Positions 19,845 to 30,234 of a stretch of DNA of 64,000 nt are shown here, piece after piece. The notes under the pieces were generated by a model that searched no databases, had not been told where the DNA came from, and saw only the letters and a list, made by a program, of their open reading frames with translations. The translations under genes were made by a program, and so were the position numbers. Each line of letters starts with the position of its first letter. The first letter of the stretch is position 1. The DNA is from an uncultured bacterium (GTDB lineage Bacteria; Patescibacteriota; Minisyncoccia; Phycocordibacterales; CAIZLB01): positions 17,290 to 81,289 of the forward strand of contig CAIPFZ010000018.1 in assembly GCA_903864515.1 (NCBI GenBank), in the 5' to 3' direction.

Positions 19845-20924
19845 TTATGCAAATTTAATTTGTTTATCTTCCGGATAGTCAATTCCTAAGTGAGCATAGC
19901 CTTGTGGCGTTACCATTCTTCCCCTCGGTGTTCTTTCTATGAAACCAAGTTGAATTAAATATGGTTCACTAAATTCTTCAATTGTAGCTTCATCTTCTGA
20001 GAGAGAGGCGGAAATTGTTCCAAGTCCAACTGGCCCTCCGTCATACTTTTCTATAATTGTTGAAAGTATGGATCTGTCCATTGCTGTTAAACCCCTTCTG
20101 TCTATGGAAAGAAGAGATAGGGCTTCTTCCACAACCTCCTTATTCAATTGTTTTTTTAATACTTGAGAATAATCTCTACATCTCTTAAGTAGGTAGTTGG
20201 CAGTACGGGGAGTTGAACGGCTTCTTTTTGCAATCTCATCCACAGCTTCTTTGTTTATATCTAGATTTAAGATAGTAGCTGATCTTAAAACTATTTTCGA
20301 TATTTCCTCCTCCGTATAGAATTCTAGACGAAACACACCACCTGAAAATCTAGATCTAAGAGGGGATGAGACCATGGCTACTCTTGTTGTTGCTGAAATT
20401 AAGGTGAAAGGAGGTAGGTCTAATTGAATAGTTCTGGCTGAAGGGCCTTTTCCTATGATGATATCTATTTGGCCCGATTCCATAGCGGGGTACAGCACCT
20501 CCTCTACAGTTTTGTTTAGACGGTGGATTTCATCAATAAACAGTATGTCTCCAGGGGAAAGGTTGGTTAAAACTGAGGCAAGGTCTCCTACGCGCTCTAT
20601 AACGGGACCTGATGTGATTTTAATCTGAGAACCAGTCTCCTTTGCTATAAGGTGGGCGAGGGTTGTCTTTCCAAGGCCTGGTGGGCCATAAAACAATAAG
20701 TGCTCAGGTGGATGATTCCTACCCTTTGCTGCAGTAAGTAGTATTTTAAGATTGTTTTTAATCTGTTCTTGACCTATATATTCATCAAAATTGTTAGGCC
20801 TTAGCTCTTGATCCAGGACTTTATCCCCGGTTTTTTCCAAAACCTCGTCAGTTACAGGGTTATTTAAGGAGATATCTCCTGTGTTTATATTAAAATCTTG
20901 TGTCATTTTGTTATTTTTACACAT
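19845..20924 (-). CDS. ruvB: Holliday junction branch migration helicase RuvB
   Basis: GPPGLGKTTLA, FIDEIHR, GGPVG, RTPRGR. The start may be 20906. Confidence 0.97.
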   Translation of the reverse strand: MCKNNKMTQDFNINTGDISLNNPVTDEVLEKTGDKVLDQELRPNNFDEYIGQEQIKNNLKILLTAAKGRNHPPEHLLFYGPPGLGKTTLAHLIAKETGSQIKITSGPVIERVGDLASVLTNLSPGDILFIDEIHRLNKTVEEVLYPAMESGQIDIIIGKGPSARTIQLDLPPFTLISATTRVAMVSSPLRSRFSGGVFRLEFYTEEEISKIVLRSATILNLDINKEAVDEIAKRSRSTPRTANYLLKRCRDYSQVLKKQLNKEVVEEALSLLSIDRRGLTAMDRSILSTIIEKYDGGPVGLGTISASLSEDEATIEEFSEPYLIQLGFIERTPRGRMVTPQGYAHLGIDYPEDKQIKFA

Positions 20925-20952
20925 TTTAACTCTTAATCAGTATAATAACCGC

Positions 20953-20981
20953 TTGACATAAAAAAATAAGTATGCTACGAT
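20953..20981 (+). promoter_or_regulatory. Sigma70-type promoter pointing into the structured non-coding element
   Basis: TTGACA-17 nt-TACGAT with extended TG; no convincing + strand ORF downstream. Confidence 0.6.
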
Positions 20982-21086
20982 ACTTGTGAGGGTGAAACAA
21001 GCTTGTCAGATGATATTGACATGCTAAAATAGGTTTTTGTAATAGAAGTACAAAAAGGGATTTATCTTTGTGTTATTCTTTCGAAT

Positions 21087-21258
21087 AAAACAGCTCCTTA
21101 AATCTCTAAGCGATACAACCTTTGCGGGTCTATCGGTTTTTCTTAAAGGACGTTCTGGTGCGGGCTTTATGCCACGTTCCTGGTGCTATCCTTAAAGAAC
21201 TATCGGGCTTTAGGTCTTAGGACTTAAAGCATCGCTTAGAGATTTAAAGTGCTGTTTT
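21087..21258. ncRNA. Candidate structured non-coding RNA (6S-like size) or MITE-like element
   Basis: 28-bp terminal inverted repeat (21087-21114 / 21231-21258, 26/28 Watson-Crick) enclosing further stems; GC-richer than its flanks. Confidence 0.55.
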
Positions 21259-21296
21259 TTTATTATCAATTTTTACTTAAATAAATTGATAAGATA

Positions 21297-21325
21297 ACAA
21301 TACCTGCGAGGTCATTCTAAGTCAA
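21297..21325 (-). promoter_or_regulatory. Sigma70-type promoter reading toward the structured element and ruvB
   Basis: TTGACT-17 nt-TATTGT on the minus strand. Confidence 0.5.
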
Positions 21326-21447
21326 CGGAGATTTGCACAGTTTTTTGTTTTAAGATTAAATATAAAAAATGTCAAACTTTGTTGTTTTTTTGTTTATATT
21401 TTTATCTATTTGATAAATTATTTTACAATAGATATTTTGTATAAAAT

Positions 21448-23163
21448 TTATACAAGATTAGTCTCTTCCAAAACATCATCCTTTTTAAGGTCTATCACTC
21501 TCTCTAATTCATCAAATGATGTTATTCCTTGTAAAACCTTTACTACACCATCTTGTCTCATATCCAAAAAACCCTGCTTCTTGGCTACAGATTTAATTTC
21601 TCTTTCACTTGGATTTTCTCTGACTATTTTTTCAATTGACGCATCCGTTAGTATTAATTCGTGAATTCCTATTCTGTCAAAGTATCCTGTGTTGTTACAA
21701 GACTCACAACCTACCGGCATACAGATTTCAGTTGGCTTTTGAATAAACTCTTTTCCTTCCTCCATATCTTTGATTGAATCCAAAACATCATTAACCAAAT
21801 CAATTCTCTCCGTTGGTATTGGAATTCTTTTTTTACACTTTTCACACAGAACTCTAACTAGTCTTTGGGCTATAGCCGCATGAATTGCAGAGGTTAGTGT
21901 TTTTGGGTCTGCACCTAAGTCAATTAGTCTAGTAAATGTTCCAGCTGCGTTGTTGGTGTGAAGAGTTGAAAAAACGAGGTGACCAGTTAATGCGGCATTT
22001 ATTGCAGTTATTGCAGTTTCAGCGTCTCTAATTTCTCCAACCATTATAATGTCAGGGTCTTGTCTCATTGCGGATTTAAGGCCTGCTTCAAAAGTATATC
22101 CTTTAGATTCTTCAACTTGAGTTTGTACAATTCCTGGAAGGTGATATTCAACAGGGTCTTCAATTGTAATTATTTTATATTCTGGACTAGAAACTTCTCT
22201 TAAAAAGGCGTAAAGGGTTGTTGTTTTTCCAGATCCTGTTGGTCCGGTTGTTAAAATAAGGCCATTTGGTCTAGCTATTTCCTTCCTTATTGCTTCAAGG
22301 AAGCGTTTTGACATACCAAGCTTATCCATTGTAACCATTATGGACTCTGGGTTAAGAATACGCATAACAACAGACTCTCCATATGATCCTGGAATTGTTG
22401 ATGTTCTTATTTCAATATCTGTGTTCTTTACTTTTACTGTAAATCTACCATCTTGAGCGTTTGATTTAATGTTTAACTTAAGTCCAGATAATAATTTGAT
22501 ACGGGAAAGTGTTAATTCATAAGTCTCTTTATCAAATTCAGAGACGGTTGTTAAGACACCATCAATTCTGTATCGCAGTCTTGCTTTTAATTCACCAACT
22601 TCAATGTGAACGTCAGAAGATTTTGTAGAGAGTGCCCCCGCCATAACAATTGAAAGCATTTTTGATACTCGGTGGGTTTTCTTCATTTCCAAAGCTTCTT
22701 TTATCCATAGAGCAATATCCTCAAGGTTTTTTGTTCTTTGAACAAGGTCCTCAATCTCTTCGTTTGAAATATCCAACGAACCCGCCTCTGTTTCAGAAGC
22801 AAAGGAAATATCCTTATATCTCTCCCAAGCTTTTTCTAGGCTGTGAATTGATGCAATAAAAAGAGTGGGCCTGTATCCATTTCTCTCTAGGGTGTCTAAA
22901 ACATCCTTAGTTTCAGGGCTTTCTGGTGAATGAACTGCAATGGATATCTTTGTTCCAACTATATCAAATATTGCAACCTTGCTTTCTTTGGCTGTTTTCT
23001 CTTCTATAAGTTTAAGTCCATCTGAATTAATGGATACTGTAGTTAGGTCAATGTAAGATATATTGTACTTTTCCGCTAGAATTTGCATTGAAGCCTCTTC
23101 TTCATCAAGAAGAAGTTTTTTCATTCTTGCGTTTTGTTTGTCTTCGTCAAAGTGGATGGTCAT
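21448..23163 (-). CDS. pilB: Type IV pilus assembly ATPase PilB/GspE family
   Basis: GPTGSGKTTT, TIEDPVE, RQDPD, GEIRD, TLHTN and CxxC...CxxC zinc motifs. Confidence 0.9.
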   Translation of the reverse strand: MTIHFDEDKQNARMKKLLLDEEEASMQILAEKYNISYIDLTTVSINSDGLKLIEEKTAKESKVAIFDIVGTKISIAVHSPESPETKDVLDTLERNGYRPTLFIASIHSLEKAWERYKDISFASETEAGSLDISNEEIEDLVQRTKNLEDIALWIKEALEMKKTHRVSKMLSIVMAGALSTKSSDVHIEVGELKARLRYRIDGVLTTVSEFDKETYELTLSRIKLLSGLKLNIKSNAQDGRFTVKVKNTDIEIRTSTIPGSYGESVVMRILNPESIMVTMDKLGMSKRFLEAIRKEIARPNGLILTTGPTGSGKTTTLYAFLREVSSPEYKIITIEDPVEYHLPGIVQTQVEESKGYTFEAGLKSAMRQDPDIIMVGEIRDAETAITAINAALTGHLVFSTLHTNNAAGTFTRLIDLGADPKTLTSAIHAAIAQRLVRVLCEKCKKRIPIPTERIDLVNDVLDSIKDMEEGKEFIQKPTEICMPVGCESCNNTGYFDRIGIHELILTDASIEKIVRENPSEREIKSVAKKQGFLDMRQDGVVKVLQGITSFDELERVIDLKKDDVLEETNLV

Positions 23164-23268
23164 GATGATATTTTATACTGTTTTTGGAGAATGCGCCATA
23201 AATAATTAAATTGACGAACTACATTGATGGGGATACAATTAGTGTATTGTTAAAATAATATAAATATA

Positions 23269-25833
23269 ATGAACGAAAATCCTCCACAACCAACATCATC
23301 AGAAAGTCAAACAGGTGACAACATAAAACGCAGGGGAGTTTTAAGTGAGGTGTTAGAGAAGGTGAATGACAAGGATTCTAATAATTACGATTCTGTTTCA
23401 GCTTCAGGTGTTGGGGGTGAAGAAGAAGATTATATAAAGACTGAACACACCTATGATCAACATGGTGAGGTTGGTTTAAAAAAAGGAAGTATATCAAAAA
23501 CAGGAAATACAGACCCCGGTTTTGGATTGGTCCCTGGTGAATATTTATCAAAGCAAAATTCCTCTCTCAGTCTTGAAGGAAGTCATGATTTTTCTGACCC
23601 AAATGATTCTATGCAGGATGTTGACAGTTGGACTAGAAGCTCAAGGGCTTCTGATAGATATCAAGGACAGAAGGATGGTCTATCAAACTTGAGGCATGAA
23701 ATGAATCCAGAAGAAGATGAGCCTGAGGATATATATATGGATCCAAAAAATGTTTATGATCTAAAAGGAAGGAGAGTTGGAGGGAAGTTTAATACAGCTC
23801 CGCTTGATAATGAAAGTGAAGGTGAAGGATTGTTGTCAAAGGATCATGAGGGTGATGGCGTAGAACCAGGAAGTGTCAGTGTAAAGACTGAACAAAAAAT
23901 TGATGAAACACAAGAAACTTTGGCAGATACCCCACTTCCAGTTGAGGAAAAGGAGCCTGCAAAACCTAAAAAGACAAAATCACCAGAACCAGTAATTCCT
24001 CCAGAGGAACCCCCACTTCCACCAATGCCACCTTCAACACCAGAACCAAGGGTATTTCCAGAGACGCCAGAGTCTTCAGTAGCACCAGAACCACCAAGAC
24101 CACCAGAACCTCCTGTACCACCAATGCCGCCTTCATTTCCAGAGCGGGGTGATTTAACTCCACCACCACCATTCCCACAAGGAGGGTCTACCCCTCCACC
24201 TCTTCCAGAGGTTGCTCCAATGCCCGAAAGAACTCCTATGATTCCTCCATCTCTACCAAGAAATCCTGGAGCTACACCACCTCCACTTCCAAGACCTGAA
24301 GTGTCTATGCCTGAAAGAATTCCCATGAATCCTCCAGTTATTCCTGGTCCTGAAAATCCTATTCCAAATTCTAACGTACCAGAAAATGATAATTCTTTAC
24401 TAGGTAAAATCAACAGGGAAAACAGACTTACAATAGAGGCTGGTAATTCCATGGATCTAGGAAGTGAGATTGGTTGGCTCAGAAGTGCTTTTAATAAGTT
24501 GAGTATAAAAATGGGTTGGACTAAGGATATCGTTAATTATGTAAAATTAAATACAATAGACAAGGCCAGTATGGTCTTTGATACTTACGGAAATGACAGT
24601 CTGATTATAAGAAAAAAGAGAGAAATTGCTCGTCTTGATGCTGTAATACAAAGGGAAACTGATAACCCTACGGGTGAAAGAATGGCAAGAGAGAATGCTA
24701 ACAAAATAGAAGAGTCTATTAGAGAGGCTGAGGCTCGCGGGGATCAAAATATGGTAAGAGCTCTAATACTGGCAAAAAATGATGTTGTTGAAAACGGGGT
24801 AAACAGAAGAGGTCATCTCCAAGCAGAAAGAAACGCTTTGAATGAACAACTTGCAAGATATAATGAAAGAAAGATTTCAATAGTTGATAACTTTATTGCA
24901 AGTACTGAAATACAGACAGAAAGAATTAGAACAGCAGACAGATATCATGAAAATATTGCCAACTTAAGAACTATAAACACGGAGACAAATAGAATGTTAA
25001 GTGTCATAGCTGAAACAGATAGTCAAATAATAAGTTTGAAAAAGGCATTAGCTTCAACAAGAGATAGGGTAGATAAAGCTGAAATTAATGATGCTATCAG
25101 AGCATATGAATCACTCGCAAAACAAAGTAAGTTTAAGCTTAGTCAGTATGAATCCATTGGACATAGACTCGGTAGCTTTATAGAACTTACAGACAAGAGA
25201 ACAAAAAGATTCGATGATGTAAGAGACAGGTATGTAGGAGAAAGGAATATTTCACAAACTAATATTAATAATGGTGGTGTAACAAGAGCGTTCGTGCCAG
25301 CAAGTCCAGCGGGGCCAGCTAGACCTGCACCTACACCTGCGCCAGTCTCTCCTGCTACAAGAACGGGCCCAGCTGCACCTAGACCAACTCCTCCAGCGCC
25401 TGCGTCTCCAACACCAAGGTCTACCCTCGAGCCAACACCTACACCTTCAGCACCAGAATCAACAACCCCAGAACCTGAGCCGACACCCGATGTTGTAGAA
25501 AACCCAGAGTTGAAAAAAAGACGAACAGATAAAATCAAGGTTATAAATGATGCAGCAGAGAGGTTCCGTACGGCTTTTAGGAGTGAAAATAAGTCTGATG
25601 CAGCTGATCTTTCAACAATTCAAATGGCTAAAAATTTAGTTCCCGCATTGCGTGGATTCTTGAAGGACGGAGACTTTACTCAAGATGAAATTGAATTGTT
25701 TAAAAAAGCTGGAGAAAATATTGTTAATTTTATAGCTCAGACTGAAAAAGACGGCAATATTATTACAAACGACAATAGACAGTTTATGAAAATGGGAGGC
25801 AAGGTTTTTAAACAAATAAAAGAAATACAATAA
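23269..25833 (+). CDS. Large hypothetical protein: acidic disordered N-terminus, two Pro-rich regions, central coiled-coil
   Basis: 854 aa open frame; no signal peptide or TM visible. Confidence 0.8.
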   Translation: MNENPPQPTSSESQTGDNIKRRGVLSEVLEKVNDKDSNNYDSVSASGVGGEEEDYIKTEHTYDQHGEVGLKKGSISKTGNTDPGFGLVPGEYLSKQNSSLSLEGSHDFSDPNDSMQDVDSWTRSSRASDRYQGQKDGLSNLRHEMNPEEDEPEDIYMDPKNVYDLKGRRVGGKFNTAPLDNESEGEGLLSKDHEGDGVEPGSVSVKTEQKIDETQETLADTPLPVEEKEPAKPKKTKSPEPVIPPEEPPLPPMPPSTPEPRVFPETPESSVAPEPPRPPEPPVPPMPPSFPERGDLTPPPPFPQGGSTPPPLPEVAPMPERTPMIPPSLPRNPGATPPPLPRPEVSMPERIPMNPPVIPGPENPIPNSNVPENDNSLLGKINRENRLTIEAGNSMDLGSEIGWLRSAFNKLSIKMGWTKDIVNYVKLNTIDKASMVFDTYGNDSLIIRKKREIARLDAVIQRETDNPTGERMARENANKIEESIREAEARGDQNMVRALILAKNDVVENGVNRRGHLQAERNALNEQLARYNERKISIVDNFIASTEIQTERIRTADRYHENIANLRTINTETNRMLSVIAETDSQIISLKKALASTRDRVDKAEINDAIRAYESLAKQSKFKLSQYESIGHRLGSFIELTDKRTKRFDDVRDRYVGERNISQTNINNGGVTRAFVPASPAGPARPAPTPAPVSPATRTGPAAPRPTPPAPASPTPRSTLEPTPTPSAPESTTPEPEPTPDVVENPELKKRRTDKIKVINDAAERFRTAFRSENKSDAADLSTIQMAKNLVPALRGFLKDGDFTQDEIELFKKAGENIVNFIAQTEKDGNIITNDNRQFMKMGGKVFKQIKEIQ
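24150..24340 (+). repeat. Degenerate intragenic repeat encoding TPPPLP...MPER(T/I)PM.PP
   Basis: Two near-copies at about 24190-24250 and 24274-24336, plus a partial copy. Confidence 0.65.
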
Positions 25834-25837
25834 AAAA

Positions 25838-26152
25838 ATGAATTCAACACTCAACAACAATTCAAATCCGCTAACAGCTGATGAAATAAGTAAGCTTCAC
25901 GGGGAAGAACTTAAGCAGGCTTTGGCTCAAAAACTACAAGGATACAAAGATGGTATTGCAGAGATTGATGCTTCACTTAAGGATATTTGCGAAAAAGTGG
26001 AAGCTATGCCAGATGTTGATAAGGCTAAAGCAAAAGCAGAAGATGATGCAGCGATAGCTGAAATTGAGAAACAATTGGATACTGATTTAAATGATGCAAT
26101 TCTTGAACTTGGTACCTCAGATGAGATTTTGAGCGATATTAAAGAAGAATAA
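25838..26152 (+). CDS. Acidic helical hypothetical protein
   Basis: 104 aa, coupled to the upstream gene and followed by a terminator-like hairpin at about 26187-26214. Confidence 0.7.
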   Translation: MNSTLNNNSNPLTADEISKLHGEELKQALAQKLQGYKDGIAEIDASLKDICEKVEAMPDVDKAKAKAEDDAAIAEIEKQLDTDLNDAILELGTSDEILSDIKEE

Positions 26153-26268
26153 CTTTCATTCTCAGTCAGGTACAATATGTCTATTGCAAAACAAGGCCTA
26201 AAAACCTTGTTTTGTTTTTGTTAAATAAAGTATATAATACGAATATTATCTAAATTCAGAAAATATCA

Positions 26269-26811
26269 ATGTATAAGAAAACATCATACTCCCTTGAAGA
26301 TACTAAAAAATTTGCAGAGTTTGTTTTAGATCAGGTTCTAAAAGAAAGAAAAGAAAAGATGAATTCAGAAGAGTCTTTGTTGGCCTTGGTTCTAGTACTA
26401 AAAGGAGATCTTGGTTCTGGAAAAACAGCGTTCACAAAATTTATAGGAGAATTATTGGGTGTTTCAGAGGAAGTAACTAGTCCAACGTTTTCTATAGAAA
26501 AAAGATATAAAACATCAATTGAAAACAGGGAGAAGTTTGGAATTGAAACTTTGATTCACATAGATGCGTTTAGATTGGAATCAGGGAATGAAATATTAGC
26601 TATCGATTTTGAAGAAACTCTAAAAGACCCAAAAAACCTAATCTGCTTTGAGTGGCCAGAAATGGTTTCTGATATCGGTATTCTCCCACAAGATGCGCCT
26701 ATTATTGAGTTTGAATTTGTCGATGAAAACACAAGAAACATGTTTTTTAGTCCATCCATAAACACAGTGGAATTGATAGATAGGGATAGTACAACTGAGG
26801 TTGAGGAATAA
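26269..26811 (+). CDS. tsaE: tRNA threonylcarbamoyladenosine biosynthesis ATPase TsaE
   Basis: GDLGSGKT, VTSPTF, HIDAFR, EWP motifs. Confidence 0.95.
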   Translation: MYKKTSYSLEDTKKFAEFVLDQVLKERKEKMNSEESLLALVLVLKGDLGSGKTAFTKFIGELLGVSEEVTSPTFSIEKRYKTSIENREKFGIETLIHIDAFRLESGNEILAIDFEETLKDPKNLICFEWPEMVSDIGILPQDAPIIEFEFVDENTRNMFFSPSINTVELIDRDSTTEVEE

Positions 26812-26860
26812 TAAATCAACACTTAAATTAGGTTTGTATAAGGTTCAACCCTCACTCTAA

Positions 26861-29404
26861 ATGGGGTATAATGTGTTTGAAGTGAAAAAAACACCAACAA
26901 AAGATAATGGTATAAGAGAAGATAAAAAGAGTACGTCTAAAAAAGAAGTAATAAATAAAACTTTAGTACTATTGGACTCTCACGCAATAATTCACAGGGG
27001 ATACCACGCCCTGCCTGATTTTGCTACATCCAAGGGTGTACCAACAGGAGCAATTTATGGGCTCTCCTCTATGCTCATTGGAATAATTGAAAAATTTAAT
27101 CCAGATTATATTGTCGCTTGTTATGATCTCCCTCAACCAACATATAGACATGAAGCTTATAAGGATTATAAAGCTGGAAGAAAAAAGAGTGATGATGAGT
27201 TGGTAGATCAATTAAAGTCATCTAGAAAGATATTTGAGAATTTTAACATTCCAATGTTTGATAAACCTGGGTTTGAAGCAGATGATATGCTCGGAACTAT
27301 TGTGGAGCAGACAAAAGATATTAAGGGCTTGAAGGTTATTATTGCATCTGGAGATATGGATACATTGCAGCTTGTTCGCGATAAAGAAGTTCAAGTCTTT
27401 ACTCTAAAAAAAGGAATAAAGGACACTGTTACATACGATGAAGATGCTGTTGTGGAGCGTTTTGGCTTTCATCCAGAATTTCTTCCGGATTATAAAGGTT
27501 TGCGAGGTGATACATCGGATAATATTATTGGAATCTCTGGAATTGGTGAAAAAACAGCAACAACTTTGATTTCTCACTTTCATACAATAGAAAAAATATA
27601 TGAGACTCTAAAAAAGGAGGGTGGTCCAAATGAAATTAAAAAACTTGGAATTACAGATAGAATTATTGACTTACTTGAAAAGGGTGAAGATGAAGCTGTG
27701 TTTAGCAAAATGCTTGCAACAATAAGAAGAGATGCTCCAATCAATTTTGAGCTTCCTGATAAAACATGGAAAGATTCTTTTGATATAAATAAAGCTGAGC
27801 AAATTTTTGATGAATTTGAATTTAGAACCCTTGGTAATAGATTAAAAAATATTATGGGTAGGAATGGGGTTGATATATCTAACTCAAATTCTGGTTCAGG
27901 AGGATTGTTTGGAGAGGAAAAAGGTGGGGGTACGGTTGTTGTTGAGAGCCACAGCGAACCAGAGGAAAATATTACAGAGGAACAGAAAACAAAAGTTTGT
28001 ATTGCTCTTTGGGTCTTAAATTCCAGTTTAACAAACCCAACATATGAAGATGTTCTAAAATACACAAAATCCAAAAAATATGAACAAATAGAGAAATATC
28101 TTTTAGGTGAAATTGAAAAGCAAGGTTTGAGTAGGGTTTTAAAGGAAATTGAATGGCCTCTTGTTCCAGTTGTTTCCAAGATGGAAGAGGACGGAATATT
28201 GCTTGATAAAAAATATTTAAAGAAGTTATCAGAAGACTATCACAAAGAATTAAGTAGATTAGAATCTGAGATTTGGAAAATGGCCGGTAGAGAATTTAAT
28301 GTCGATTCACCAAAACAATTGGGTGTTGTTATTTTTGATGAAATGAATCTCGGGGAAGGAATGGGTTCGAAGCGTCTTAAAAAAACAGCAGGAGGTGCAC
28401 GTTCCACAAAGGAATCGGAATTAGAAAAGCTTAAGGGGGTTCATCCAATAATTGATAAAATATTAGAATATAGAGAATTAGCAAAGCTTCTTTCAACATA
28501 CATTGATCCATTACCACTCCTCACTGATTCAAAAGATAGATTGCACGCAAAGTTTTTACAGGCCGGTACAACAACAGGTAGGATGTCGTCTCAAAATCCG
28601 AATATTCAAAATATTCCAACTAAAACAGATTTGGGAAGAAAGGTTAGAGGTGGATTTATTGCAGAAAAGGGTTCTGTGTTGTTGTCTTTTGATTATTCTC
28701 AGATTGAACTTAGAATTGCTGCAATAATGTCCGGTGATGAAAATCTAATAGAAATATTTAAAAAAGGAGAAGATGTTCATACAGGGGTTGCGTCAAGGGT
28801 TTTTGGAGTAAAAGAAAGCGAGGTTACAAAAGACATGAGAAGACAAGCTAAGGTTATTAACTTTGGAATTCTTTATGGAATGGGGGTTAATGCTCTTAAG
28901 ACCAATCTTGGAAGTACAAAAGATGAAGCCCAAACATTTTATAATGAATACTTTAAAACATTTAGTAGTGTTGCAGAATTTCTAGAGGAAACTAAAAGAT
29001 TTGCTGAACAAAATGGTTATACAGAGACTCTGTTTGGCCGTAGAAGATACTTTGAAGGTATTAGGTCTAAACTACCATTCATTAGAGCTGCCGCTGAGCG
29101 TATGGCTATTAACGCCCCAATACAGGGAGGTGAGGCGGATATAATAAAGATTAGTATGAGAAAAATTTATGATTATATAAATGATTCAAAAAATAAAGAG
29201 GTTTATGGTAGGGTTAAGATGCTTTTGCAAGTTCATGACGAATTGGTGTTTGAAGTTGAAGATAATAAAGAGTTTATAAAGAAAATATCTAAAAAAATTC
29301 AAGATATTATGCAGGATATCTTGACTGATGAGCAGTCAAAGGGGGTGCCAATTGTAACATCGTCAAATATTGGATTAAATTGGGGAGAAATGGAGGCTCA
29401 ATAA
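26861..29404 (+). CDS. polA: DNA polymerase I
   Basis: 5'-3' exonuclease (EADD, GDMD, GDTSDNI) and Pol A motifs (DYSQIELR, KVINFGILYG, QVHDEL). Confidence 0.97.
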   Translation: MGYNVFEVKKTPTKDNGIREDKKSTSKKEVINKTLVLLDSHAIIHRGYHALPDFATSKGVPTGAIYGLSSMLIGIIEKFNPDYIVACYDLPQPTYRHEAYKDYKAGRKKSDDELVDQLKSSRKIFENFNIPMFDKPGFEADDMLGTIVEQTKDIKGLKVIIASGDMDTLQLVRDKEVQVFTLKKGIKDTVTYDEDAVVERFGFHPEFLPDYKGLRGDTSDNIIGISGIGEKTATTLISHFHTIEKIYETLKKEGGPNEIKKLGITDRIIDLLEKGEDEAVFSKMLATIRRDAPINFELPDKTWKDSFDINKAEQIFDEFEFRTLGNRLKNIMGRNGVDISNSNSGSGGLFGEEKGGGTVVVESHSEPEENITEEQKTKVCIALWVLNSSLTNPTYEDVLKYTKSKKYEQIEKYLLGEIEKQGLSRVLKEIEWPLVPVVSKMEEDGILLDKKYLKKLSEDYHKELSRLESEIWKMAGREFNVDSPKQLGVVIFDEMNLGEGMGSKRLKKTAGGARSTKESELEKLKGVHPIIDKILEYRELAKLLSTYIDPLPLLTDSKDRLHAKFLQAGTTTGRMSSQNPNIQNIPTKTDLGRKVRGGFIAEKGSVLLSFDYSQIELRIAAIMSGDENLIEIFKKGEDVHTGVASRVFGVKESEVTKDMRRQAKVINFGILYGMGVNALKTNLGSTKDEAQTFYNEYFKTFSSVAEFLEETKRFAEQNGYTETLFGRRRYFEGIRSKLPFIRAAAERMAINAPIQGGEADIIKISMRKIYDYINDSKNKEVYGRVKMLLQVHDELVFEVEDNKEFIKKISKKIQDIMQDILTDEQSKGVPIVTSSNIGLNWGEMEAQ

Positions 29405-29453
29405 ATAAACAGACTGAAAACTGAATATATAATATAAAATAAATAAAAACAAA

Positions 29454-30182
29454 ATGCTTTATTTAATCTACGGAACAAATACAAACAAGGTACGAGCAAA
29501 ACAGAGGGAGCTTGTTGCTATTATGCAGAGTAAACAACCTAATGTTTCTTTGTATAGGGTTACTACAGAAAATTGGAAGGACTCATCTTTGGAAGAATTA
29601 TTGGGAAGTCAGGGTTTATTTTTAGCAAAGTATATTGTGACACTGGATAAGTTGTTGGAAGATAAGGAAATTGGATCGGAAATTATCGGTTTGCTGGAGG
29701 AAATGAAGGGAAGTGATCATGCTTGGATAATTTTAGAAGACAAGGTCTCCACCCCCAATCTTAAAAAGATAGAAAAGTTTGCATATAAGGTTTTTGATTT
29801 CAATGAATCTGTTGGTTCGCAAGCTGGAACTGAGAAAAAACGTCCACTTGCATTTGATTTTGCCGAGCAATTTGCTGGAAAAAATAAAGTTGGGGCGTGG
29901 GGTGAGTTTATTAAACTAAAGGACGCCGAGCTTGCAGGGGAGGAAATACACGGGGTTTTGTGGTGGCAAATGAAGTCAGTCTTTCTGGCAAAGTTCTGCA
30001 AAAATGCTGAAGAATCAGGTTTGACGCCATACTCATTTCAGAAGGCCTTGAGATTATCTAAGGGGTGGGAGCTTAAGGAATTAAACATTCTGTTGGATAA
30101 ATTGGTTCAAATATATCACGAGGCCCACAGAGGAAATGGAGATTTAATGGTGGAAATGGAAGGAATGTCACTGGGACTTTAA
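29454..30182 (+). CDS. holA: DNA polymerase III delta subunit-like (short HolA)
   Basis: MLYLIYG start, SQGLF motif, C-terminal helical domain; 242 aa. Confidence 0.65.
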   Translation: MLYLIYGTNTNKVRAKQRELVAIMQSKQPNVSLYRVTTENWKDSSLEELLGSQGLFLAKYIVTLDKLLEDKEIGSEIIGLLEEMKGSDHAWIILEDKVSTPNLKKIEKFAYKVFDFNESVGSQAGTEKKRPLAFDFAEQFAGKNKVGAWGEFIKLKDAELAGEEIHGVLWWQMKSVFLAKFCKNAEESGLTPYSFQKALRLSKGWELKELNILLDKLVQIYHEAHRGNGDLMVEMEGMSLGL

Positions 30183-30234
30183 TATTAGCCACATCACCTT
30201 TTTGGCTCATTTTGAAACTTAATAAAAAATAATC

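Noticed and set aside
21087-21258. CRISPR array, RNase P RNA, SRP RNA or tmRNA
   Set aside because: Repeats are only 7-13 nt in two copies. No GAGGAAAGUCC, SRP domain IV loop or tRNA-like ends were recognised.
21410-21664. 84-aa + strand ORF downstream of the structured element
   Set aside because: TTG start, almost entirely antisense to the pilB 3' end, no recognisable features.
23844-25538. Gly-rich minus-strand ORFs (23844..24452, 25143..25538)
   Set aside because: Antisense shadows of Pro-rich codons (CCN read as NGG/GGN) in the 854-aa gene.
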